From Methanobrevibacter sp. (GTDB lineage Archaea > Methanobacteriota > Methanobacteria > Methanobacteriales > Methanobacteriaceae), in the NCBI RefSeq assembly GCF_017447225.1, contig NZ_JAFSNZ010000043.1, forward strand, positions 1,533-65,532: a DNA stretch of 64,000 nucleotides, in the 5' to 3' direction. Made by a program: the position numbers and the translations under genes. Each line of letters begins with the position of its first letter. Position 1 is the stretch's first letter. Positions 56,660 through 64,000 of this stretch are shown in pieces. The notes under the pieces were generated by a model. That model saw only the letters and a list, made by a program, of their open reading frames with translations. It made no database searches and was not told the origin of the DNA.

Positions 56660-57037
56660 TTATTCTAAAATGTGTTCCAAACCAACTTTATATATCATTT
56701 CGATGTGTAAATCGGTAAGTGAATACCTTGCCATTTTACCTTCTTTTTGATATTTTACAATATTATTTGCTCTTAAAATTCTTAATTGATTTGAAACAGT
56801 AGTTTGATTTAAATTTAATGTTTCAGAAATGTCACAAACACATAAATCTTCGATAGCTAGTAATGAAAGTATTTTTAATCTTGTAGGATTGCCAAATATT
56901 TTAAAAAACTCAGCTAATTCAGAATATTGGTCTTCTTCAATCATACGATCCTTTACACGATCAACAACATCCTGATGTGTACATACTACTTCACATACAT
57001 CATCATTGTTATTTTCAAGATTTTTATTGTCTGCCAT
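56660..57037 (-). CDS. ArsR/SmtB-family metalloregulator, CadC-like
   Basis: 125 aa. wHTH with the alpha3 motif DLCVCDISETLNLNQTTVSNQLRILR plus an N-terminal Cys pair (VCEVVCTH), as in alpha3N sensors. It ends 17 nt before the ATPase start, so the two genes are probably one operon. Confidence 0.8.
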   Translation of the reverse strand: MADNKNLENNNDDVCEVVCTHQDVVDRVKDRMIEEDQYSELAEFFKIFGNPTRLKILSLLAIEDLCVCDISETLNLNQTTVSNQLRILRANNIVKYQKEGKMARYSLTDLHIEMIYKVGLEHILE

Positions 57038-57099
57038 TTTTAATCACATTAAATTATATCTACTTCATATTTTATAATGTTAATATATATAAATATTTT

Positions 57100-57121
57100 C
57101 ATATCACAATATTATGATATG
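57100..57121. promoter_or_regulatory. candidate ArsR/CadC operator: 22-bp near-perfect palindrome CATATCAcAATATTaTGATATG
   Basis: Arms CATATCA/TGATATG flank a palindromic AATATT core (20 of 22 positions symmetric). It lies 63 nt upstream of the regulator ATG. ArsR/SmtB repressors typically autoregulate through such imperfect 12-2-12-type repeats. Confidence 0.45.
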
Positions 57122-57143
57122 TTAATGTAAAAAAATAAAAAAA

Positions 57144-59402
57144 TTATTCCACATCTTTAAGGGCTTCAACCATATTCTGGTTTTTGATTTTTCCAGAAAA
57201 GAGCAGATTAACAACAATGGACACAGTAAATGTTATTACTGCGCTTAGGGCAATGTTTCCCAACGTTAATGAAGGAATATAATACAGGGATTCTCCTGCA
57301 GCATCCATCATGAGTGTCATCAGATAGAATCCCAAAGGAATTCCTAAAATAAATCCTATTGCTGTAAATACCAGATTCTGCGTTAATAATAATTTCCTCA
57401 AATCACCTGTTTTAAAACCCAATACTTTTAGAGTAGCTATTTCACGCTCGATTTCTGTAAATGACAGTATACCTAAATTATACAACACCACAATAGCTAA
57501 AAGCACTGCAAAGAAAATTAGAATTGAAACCATCATCATTACAGAAGAGGTCATCTTATCCCATGCATCAACCATTTCATCAATTGAACTGACGCTTTTT
57601 ATTGAATCGTAATCATCATCCACTTTTTCAGAAGTTATGATGCTGGTTGGAGTGAAATCTAAATCCAAATCATTTAACTTATCCGCAGATAAGATAATTC
57701 CCTGACTTAAAGGCTCACCATGAATGTTGGTTACTTTACATGTTATCCAATCGTCAGAGCCTATGATATGCCATTTTATAGTATCTCCAACACCAACATC
57801 AAGACTTTCTGCCATTTTTTGTGAAAGTGATATATCTGTATCAGACAAGTTAATAGGATTTTCATTCTTATCCGTCTGAGATATCAAATCCGTGTCATTT
57901 AATACAAGTAACATTGCAGTCTCCTCATTTCCTTGAGCCTTTATTTCAATAGCTTGCTCCATAATTTGACTGCCGTTGACTTCATCGGTTACGCTATCAA
58001 TATCTGCAAGTGAAGCGCCGCTGTCAATGATCAGTTTGGATTCGAAATGTGAAATGTCATCATATTCCCAGGTCTTTAAGTTATCCATTGAATCGCCCAT
58101 ACCAAAAGCAGACACCAGAAGAGCTACACAACCCATTACACCGACAATCGCCATCAATGCCCTGAACTTGTTTCTTTTTGCATCACGATAATTCCAGCGA
58201 AGATTGAATGACAGTTTATCCCAAAGCCTTGATTTTTCCATAAATCCCGAAGATGAAATGTTTGGAGATTTAGGCCTCATGGTATTTGCAGGATTTTCCT
58301 TTGAAATGTTACGGGCTGCAAAATAGGAAACTGCAAGTGAAGATATAACCATCAAAGCAGCCACAACGACAAAACTGATATCAAAGCCAGGATTCCATTC
58401 AGGAAGTGAATATCTGGCAGTCATTGTAGGATAAAACAAATCAGGAATAATCATAGGGCCCAAAATCAGACCTAAAACTGCACCTGCAAGCACCAGCCAG
58501 AATCCATAGGACATAAAATGGAAAATAATTGTCCGGTTTTTATATCCTACAGCCTTTAAAACACCGATTTGGGTTCTTTGATGGGCAATGATACGGGTCA
58601 TTGTTGTTAAAAGAGTCAGAAATGTAACTAGAATAAACACAATTGGGAAAACATTACCTATCATTTTGTGCTGAGCCATTTCCTCATTGAACTGGGCAAC
58701 ACTTACATGATCATCACGTTTTGTAAATGAAAGATATTCCACAGAGTCATCCAGGGATTGTTTGAAATCATCCGGCGTATCATTGAATTTAACCAGCAAA
58801 ACATTATACTGAATATCAGTTGGAAATGCCTTATGAGACATGTAAGCAAAACCTATATCCTTAAAATCCGGAATTATTGAAGTTGGGGATGCTTCATAAA
58901 CATATTCCGGAGAATAACCGATTCCCTTAATCTCTTTTTCTATTGAAATTCCATTGAAATCAAATGAAATGTTATCCCCAACAGTCAGATTCTGGGCATC
59001 TGCAAATCTTTTATCAAGCCATACACCAGAATCATCAGAGAGATTAAAGTCCTCACCTTCAGACACATAAAATTTAGATATTTCATTATCCTCTACAAAA
59101 TGCAGAGTAATGTCCGGATCATTTGAAAAGTTTCCAACGGACTGTACGACAAGTTGCTTTTCACTATCCGTTGTGAAATTGTTTATTTCATCCAAAGCAT
59201 CATCTGTAATGGTAGTATTATAAATCCATCCATCAGCAAGATTAGTTTCACTGTAAAAATCTGAACTGGTCTGTTCAAGACCATAATACTCCCCACAAAC
59301 CCCACAGAATGCAAAAATGCCTAGAAAAGCCATTAAAAATATTGAAATGAATTGTGTTTTATTGATTTTAATGTCTCTAAGCATCTTTTTAGATAATGAC
59401 AT
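57144..59402 (-). CDS. FtsX/MacB-type ABC transporter permease with two FtsX domains (no adjacent ATPase gene)
   Basis: 752 aa. N-terminal MLRDIKINKTQFISIFLMAFLGIFAF, two 4-TM bundles each preceded by a large extracytoplasmic domain, and conserved (I/L)(G/A)VLKA(V/L)G(Y/F)K blocks (IGVLKAVGYK, IATLKVLGFK). Confidence 0.75.
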   Translation of the reverse strand: MSLSKKMLRDIKINKTQFISIFLMAFLGIFAFCGVCGEYYGLEQTSSDFYSETNLADGWIYNTTITDDALDEINNFTTDSEKQLVVQSVGNFSNDPDITLHFVEDNEISKFYVSEGEDFNLSDDSGVWLDKRFADAQNLTVGDNISFDFNGISIEKEIKGIGYSPEYVYEASPTSIIPDFKDIGFAYMSHKAFPTDIQYNVLLVKFNDTPDDFKQSLDDSVEYLSFTKRDDHVSVAQFNEEMAQHKMIGNVFPIVFILVTFLTLLTTMTRIIAHQRTQIGVLKAVGYKNRTIIFHFMSYGFWLVLAGAVLGLILGPMIIPDLFYPTMTARYSLPEWNPGFDISFVVVAALMVISSLAVSYFAARNISKENPANTMRPKSPNISSSGFMEKSRLWDKLSFNLRWNYRDAKRNKFRALMAIVGVMGCVALLVSAFGMGDSMDNLKTWEYDDISHFESKLIIDSGASLADIDSVTDEVNGSQIMEQAIEIKAQGNEETAMLLVLNDTDLISQTDKNENPINLSDTDISLSQKMAESLDVGVGDTIKWHIIGSDDWITCKVTNIHGEPLSQGIILSADKLNDLDLDFTPTSIITSEKVDDDYDSIKSVSSIDEMVDAWDKMTSSVMMMVSILIFFAVLLAIVVLYNLGILSFTEIEREIATLKVLGFKTGDLRKLLLTQNLVFTAIGFILGIPLGFYLMTLMMDAAGESLYYIPSLTLGNIALSAVITFTVSIVVNLLFSGKIKNQNMVEALKDVE

Positions 59403-59456
59403 AATATACTATAAGAAAAAAATAAGATTTAAATTTTAGTAAAAAAATTAGGGTTT

Positions 59457-59699
59457 TTAAAAGAATAATAATGATAAAAACCCTATGAAAATAAAAAAGA
59501 AATTCAATCCATATAAGGACAAAGCTCCTTTTAAAAATTTATCCTCTTTTGATTTTGTATAGAAATAATAAGTAACAATACAACCTATTATTAAAATAGG
59601 AAGCGTTATAACTATACTTATATACTTTCTAAACATGAATATTGCTATTGGAATAATTATTGCTATAATCTGTTTTGCATCCATATTTAATCCCTCCAA
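59457..59699 (-). CDS. small membrane protein (3 predicted TM helices)
   Basis: 80 aa hydrophobic. Overlaps the upstream gene by 13 nt (or starts at the internal Met at 59684). Confidence 0.4.
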   Translation of the reverse strand: MEGLNMDAKQIIAIIIPIAIFMFRKYISIVITLPILIIGCIVTYYFYTKSKEDKFLKGALSLYGLNFFFIFIGFLSLLFF

Positions 59700-60406
59700 C
59701 TTTGCATCAATCCAGTAAAAGTAACTGTATCAAATTGATTAATTAACAATGAAAATACAACCAATATAAAACCAAGATAGATTATAAGTCCAATGAGTTC
59801 CCTATTGTCAAATGGCAGATATTTGTTAACCTTATCAGGAAATATAATCCACAAATAACTTAATGTTGTAATGATGAAAATAATGACTCCGCCAGCTATA
59901 GAAGAACAGTGAAATGCAGAATAATAACCCTGCAAAACAACAAACATTGCACACCAAAGAAAATATAAAGGTCTGTAGCCTATTACTTCTTTATCACCAA
60001 TCCATCTGCTTTCATCACCAAATGCATTGAATCTCAAACTAACACCTAAAAAAGGCAACAGATAGATTAATGCATATAAAACTGATTTAAATATTCCAAT
60101 ATCATATAAAAAAAACAAAAATAAAAAAACAGCAATTGACGAACCATAAAATGAAATATAACCAAATGCCTCAGTCGTATAACTCTTAAAATATTCTCTT
60201 TTAAAATGAAATTTCTCATTTAATTCATTGTGAAAAAATGTATAGATAAAGCCGCCTAAAAATGTGAAAATCACAGATATTTCAAAAACAATTGAAAATA
60301 AATTTATTTTAAAAAAATAAAATATAACAACAGCAAAAAAGCTACACATGCCCACAAATATCAAAAGAGCATTTTTTTTAGATATTGGTTCATTGAAATT
60401 AAACAT
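59687..60406 (-). CDS. 7-TM membrane protein, paralog 2 of a local pair
   Basis: 239 aa. Shares with 60452..61210 the blocks LPFL(G/A)(V/I)(S/G)LRF..F.D.S, (W/I)(I/L)(I/V)FPDK(V/I)NKY(L/M)PF(D/E)NR and a C-terminal SQF(D/T)TV.F. Confidence 0.5.
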   Translation of the reverse strand: MFNFNEPISKKNALLIFVGMCSFFAVVIFYFFKINLFSIVFEISVIFTFLGGFIYTFFHNELNEKFHFKREYFKSYTTEAFGYISFYGSSIAVFLFLFFLYDIGIFKSVLYALIYLLPFLGVSLRFNAFGDESRWIGDKEVIGYRPLYFLWCAMFVVLQGYYSAFHCSSIAGGVIIFIITTLSYLWIIFPDKVNKYLPFDNRELIGLIIYLGFILVVFSLLINQFDTVTFTGLMQSWRD

Positions 60407-60451
60407 GATTACTCGTCCTATCGGTTTCTGATATTTAGTTCACATCCTTAT

Positions 60452-61210
60452 TCAATCTACAAATCCCATTACTTTTACAAATGGAACAGTAGTGAATTGA
60501 CTGAATAATATGAAAAATATAATCAATGCGATTGCTAAATATATTGCTTCTCCTTTTTTATTTCTATTTTCAAATGGCATATATTTATTGATTTTATCTG
60601 GAAATACCAGCCAAATGAAGCAGAATGATGTTGATAATATTAAAGCAATTATATTTGTTGGTGAAGTTTCAAAAAATCCTTGAACATAGCCCAAATAACA
60701 ACAGATAGCTAAAACTGGACAATAATAATTAGGTTCATATCCTGCATCATATACTATTTTACCGTTTTCTTCCAGACTAGCATCATTGAATGTTTTAAAT
60801 CTCAAACCTATTGCCAAAAATGGCAATGCAAAGATGATAGATAGTAAAATTGATGTGTATACGTTAATATCCGCACATAAACATATTAAGAGCAAAGCTA
60901 ATGCAGTTGTTGAAAAACCCAAAAGAGTAAATGCACCAATTTGTCGTGAATATCCTCTAAAATTATTGAAATTATACAAGCCATATTTTTTGTCCAATTC
61001 GTCACTATAATACTCTACAAGAAATATTCCACCTAAAGAAAATAAGAGCAGGAAGAAAAATAGAAAGCCTAATAAAGTAAAACTTGACATGGCTATTGCA
61101 ATAATTAAAAATATTCCAAATATTTTCAGTGCACGTTTTTTCACAGTTTCCTTATCTGAAAAATATTTATCATTTCCATCAAAATCGAATAAACCAAATA
61201 TATTCATCAT
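60452..61210 (-). CDS. 7-TM membrane protein, paralog 1 of a local pair
   Basis: 252 aa polytopic protein. See the paralog. No recognised family. Confidence 0.5.
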   Translation of the reverse strand: MMNIFGLFDFDGNDKYFSDKETVKKRALKIFGIFLIIAIAMSSFTLLGFLFFFLLLFSLGGIFLVEYYSDELDKKYGLYNFNNFRGYSRQIGAFTLLGFSTTALALLLICLCADINVYTSILLSIIFALPFLAIGLRFKTFNDASLEENGKIVYDAGYEPNYYCPVLAICCYLGYVQGFFETSPTNIIALILSTSFCFIWLVFPDKINKYMPFENRNKKGEAIYLAIALIIFFILFSQFTTVPFVKVMGFVD

Positions 61211-61255
61211 ACCCCTCGAAATAAAACAAACAAAATATATTCATCATTTCATCAG

Positions 61256-63514
61256 TTACGGTAAAGGAACACCAGTAAAACTAGAAACATAACCCTCCCC
61301 AGTATCTGTAACTGCTTTATAAAAATTTTTTCCACTTGGATCTCTTAATACCCCATTTGATAAACAATTAAGTCCCAAACCACCTAAACCAAATATTACT
61401 GCAGAACCTAATAATGGTTTTGCTAAAGCAGGGTATCTTATAGCAGATACTATACACATAGATGATGCTTCAATTGCAAAATCAGCGAAAATTCCTGTTG
61501 CATATTCAAATGCAATCCATTGGTCTTCAGTAATAGTTAAACTATTAAAATTTTCACTGAAACGATTATTAATAGAAGATTGTGAATTATTTACAATAAA
61601 TATTTCATAGACTTTTCCACTATTATTTTGTGTATTATCAGTCAAACCATCACAAAAACAATATGAATAATCTGAAGATAATGCTCCCTTATATAAAAAT
61701 CCATCAAATTCAGTAGTTACAGAAACAATTCCTGACGATTGATTAATTATTAACTTTTCAGAATAATCTTTCAAATCAACAATCAATAGTTCATTATTTT
61801 GTGCTAAACCAAACCAATCACCACATAAAATATGTTGTGATAATGAAGAAAGAGATCCGATAGAATTTATATTTGAAAATCCTAAAACTATACTTTCCAT
61901 ATCACTTAGCATGATTGAACATTCAAATCTGAAGTTTTTCATATTTGTATCATTATTGCTAGACAATATCATGTTCATACTTGGGTTAGGTACATGAATA
62001 TAACTCACACCACCATTCATTACTCCTGACATTACTACAGTATTTTCATTACGTGTCCATGTTAAATTATAAAAATCATCCTTTTCATTAGCTAAATTAT
62101 CACTCATATACATTGTCATTAAACCATTTAAAAATGTTCCATAACTAGCTTTTCTAATACCCATAGTATAGTTCTTATTTAACCAATAATTTATATCTTC
62201 ATTGGATATTTTTCTATCAGCAATCGTGAATGTTTGTATTGTGTTATATCCTGCTTGAGAATCAACGAAAACACCTGTATTGATTTTTTCTGTTTTTTCA
62301 ATTATTTCATTATTAATTATCAATTCTGTATCCATATATTCAAAATCAGGATTTTTATCAATCCTATCAGTTTCAGGAGTATAATGTAAAGTAGTATTTG
62401 TGTTTGTATAATTTAATAAATTTAAATTTCCATTTAAAAATTGATTATATGTAACATTATAAAAGAATATACCATTATAATAAACGTTTCCATTTGCTAA
62501 TTGTATTTTAAGTCCCGCATCATCATTAAACATTGAATTAGAGTATAAAACTTCTCCCCATTGATTGAAGTTTTTAATAAATGAAATTGCTTGTAAATCA
62601 AAACCATTTCTGTAAAGAGATGAATATGCGACACTGAATCCATTAATGTTGTTTTCATTGATTGTGTCATAATAATAAATTTTAACGTAATCTTTTTCAG
62701 TTTTAAGAAGGATTCCTTGAACTGTAGGCACATAATTTTGATTTACAGTAATTTTTTCTCCTGTTTTAGAAATGAAATAATTATCACCATCTGATAATTT
62801 TGTATAATTATTACTATATGCAAGACTAGCTTGACCATATACAAAAGCAAATATCTGTGATGTTGTAATTACAATTTCTCGAGTTTCATATACTTTTATT
62901 ATTCCATTTTCACCAGATTTAGCTATATATTCAGGAAGTAAACTATTAGGATTTACATAATTTAAGCCACTTACATTAAAATACATTGGAATATTTACAT
63001 TGTAAACTAAATTTGGTGTTAAATTTACAGTTATTATATTATTTTTTATAATTGAATTATAATATGTTGATCCAGTGTATGTTGTTGAAATTGAATATTG
63101 GCCATGAGGTAAATTTATATTAAGTTTAGCAATACCATTTTCATCAGTCATTATGGTGTGGGAAACACCATTGATTTGGAAAATAATGTTTTGATTTGGC
63201 ATTGAAAAATTATTGTTATCTTTTAAAACGGCATCAAAAGTATATCCTGTGTCTCTGAGAAGAATATTTTGTGTATTTAAATTGACATTTAATTTTGTGG
63301 AAGAGTCTACTCGTGTAATAATTTTTGTAGGTCCGGTATAAGCATTGTATTGAAATGTTCCTGAAAATGAACAATGTATAGGATAATCCTGAGGGTTTAG
63401 AAAATTGATTTTTAATTTAGCAATTCCATTATTATCACTTGTTCGTACATATGTAACACCATTAACATAGAAATTTACGTCTATATTGGGTAATGCTTTG
63501 TTTGATGGATCCAT
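61256..63514 (-). CDS. adhesin-like surface protein, distal portion (two Ig-like INGV modules, ~480-aa Asn/Tyr-rich region, C-terminal hydrophobic Gly-rich segment); probably the 3' part of a frameshifted larger gene
   Basis: 752 aa. Modules NIDVNFYVNGVTYVRTSDNNGIAKLKINF and QNIIFQINGVSHTIMTDENGIAKLNINL match the modules of the upstream fragment. The reading frame stays open 10 codons upstream of the annotated ATG and continues the module consensus there. Confidence 0.6.
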   Translation of the reverse strand: MDPSNKALPNIDVNFYVNGVTYVRTSDNNGIAKLKINFLNPQDYPIHCSFSGTFQYNAYTGPTKIITRVDSSTKLNVNLNTQNILLRDTGYTFDAVLKDNNNFSMPNQNIIFQINGVSHTIMTDENGIAKLNINLPHGQYSISTTYTGSTYYNSIIKNNIITVNLTPNLVYNVNIPMYFNVSGLNYVNPNSLLPEYIAKSGENGIIKVYETREIVITTSQIFAFVYGQASLAYSNNYTKLSDGDNYFISKTGEKITVNQNYVPTVQGILLKTEKDYVKIYYYDTINENNINGFSVAYSSLYRNGFDLQAISFIKNFNQWGEVLYSNSMFNDDAGLKIQLANGNVYYNGIFFYNVTYNQFLNGNLNLLNYTNTNTTLHYTPETDRIDKNPDFEYMDTELIINNEIIEKTEKINTGVFVDSQAGYNTIQTFTIADRKISNEDINYWLNKNYTMGIRKASYGTFLNGLMTMYMSDNLANEKDDFYNLTWTRNENTVVMSGVMNGGVSYIHVPNPSMNMILSSNNDTNMKNFRFECSIMLSDMESIVLGFSNINSIGSLSSLSQHILCGDWFGLAQNNELLIVDLKDYSEKLIINQSSGIVSVTTEFDGFLYKGALSSDYSYCFCDGLTDNTQNNSGKVYEIFIVNNSQSSINNRFSENFNSLTITEDQWIAFEYATGIFADFAIEASSMCIVSAIRYPALAKPLLGSAVIFGLGGLGLNCLSNGVLRDPSGKNFYKAVTDTGEGYVSSFTGVPLP

Positions 63515-63522
63515 TACATTAA

Positions 63523-64000
63523 CTACGAAGTATTGCCTGCTCTATTTATAACAAAATTACTGTAATTTAAATAAACGCTTTGTTTGATTACTGTTATTGT
63601 GTATCCTAAAGAAAGTCCGTCATTATTATTATAGACTGTTATTATGTATTCTTCTGGGCTAAGATTGATATTTAGTTTAGCTACTCCGGTTTTGTCTGTG
63701 GTTCTATTATAGAATACTCCATTTATATTGAATGTGGCGTTTGTGTTTTTCAAACGATTTCCGTTACTATCAAATAGCATGACATTAAATTGTGAATCAT
63801 TTTTATATGATTTAACCAAGTCATGAGCTAGTATAGTGGAAACTACGTAGGCATTATTTTCTATAAAAGAAGATTTATATAAATCATTTCCTAAAAATAG
63901 TGCGTTAACAGAATAATTTCCGGGGTTTAAATTAATATTTAGTGAAGCATGACCATTACTATCTGTGATTCTGGTATAACTTACTCCATTAATAGTGATA
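63523..64000 (-). CDS. adhesin-like surface protein, Ig-like repeat region, partial (N-terminus beyond window end)
   Basis: My translation shows the frame is open from the window edge: ITINGVSYTRITDSNGHASLNINLNPGNYSV...AHDLVKSYKNDSQFNVMLFDSNGNRLKNTNATFNINGVFYNRTTDKTGVAKLNINLSPEEY... The track TTG start at 63819 is internal. The ORF ends at the TAG at 63523. Confidence 0.65.
   Translation of the reverse strand, partial: ITINGVSYTRITDSNGHASLNINLNPGNYSVNALFLGNDLYKSSFIENNAYVVSTILAHDLVKSYKNDSQFNVMLFDSNGNRLKNTNATFNINGVFYNRTTDKTGVAKLNINLSPEEYIITVYNNNDGLSLGYTITVIKQSVYLNYSNFVINRAGNTS

Noticed and set aside
1-64000. Recoding signals (in-frame TGA/TAG for selenocysteine or pyrrolysine), rRNA genes, prophage or cas genes
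   Set aside because: No well-supported ORF appears interrupted by a single in-frame stop except the adhesin-like gene, where the frame also changes. No GC-rich structured-RNA-like islands stand out apart from the two tRNAs. No phage or cas signature proteins are recognisable.

Overview
AT-rich 64-kb chromosomal segment of a methanogenic archaeon, by eye most like Methanobacteriales (Methanobrevibacter-like gut methanogen). Supporting genes: thermosome, HMf-type histone, ribosomal protein S17e, Nob1, Elp3, CDP-archaeol synthase, an MJ0619/Tes-family radical SAM enzyme, beta-RFAP synthase, HacB, H4MPT-linked proteins and Ig-like-repeat adhesin-like proteins. I support about 70 protein genes (mostly minus strand, many start/stop overlaps), 2 adjacent tRNAs (Phe-GAA, Val-GAC) and 1 complete IS element. 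I found no rRNA genes, CRISPR arrays or cas genes. Housekeeping blocks: pyrE/moaB/cbiZ/thermosome; a lysC-dapA-dapB-asd operon; S17e/chorismate mutase/shikimate kinase/GT4/cbiD; Hel308-like helicase/Elp3/deoC; MtaB; hacB/beta-RFAP synthase/Tes/carS; wecB and envelope genes; truA. Accessory or unusual parts: (1) 15 tandem 11-bp units directly upstream of three coupled winged-helix regulators. (2) A 31-aa-repeat coiled-coil protein next to the thermosome. (3) An IS inserted 3 nt after hacB and 21 nt before a zinc-ribbon gene. (4) Three palindromes phased at 40 bp upstream of a DUF4143-type ATPase. (5) A peptide/nickel-type ABC importer split into two divergent halves, interleaved with two paralogous GNATs and an Fe-S protein, with a shared dyad (TATTACT-N23-AGTAATA) in both promoter regions. 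(6) A CadC-like/P1B-ATPase operon whose ATPase has a ~230-aa His/Cys/Asp/Glu N-terminus in mirrored repeat order. (7) A co-directional envelope cluster: frameshifted adhesin-like gene, two paralogous 7-TM proteins, a small TM protein and an FtsX-type permease with no adjacent ATPase. All function calls rest on motif and family recognition from the translations. No database search was run, so family names are hypotheses of varying strength.
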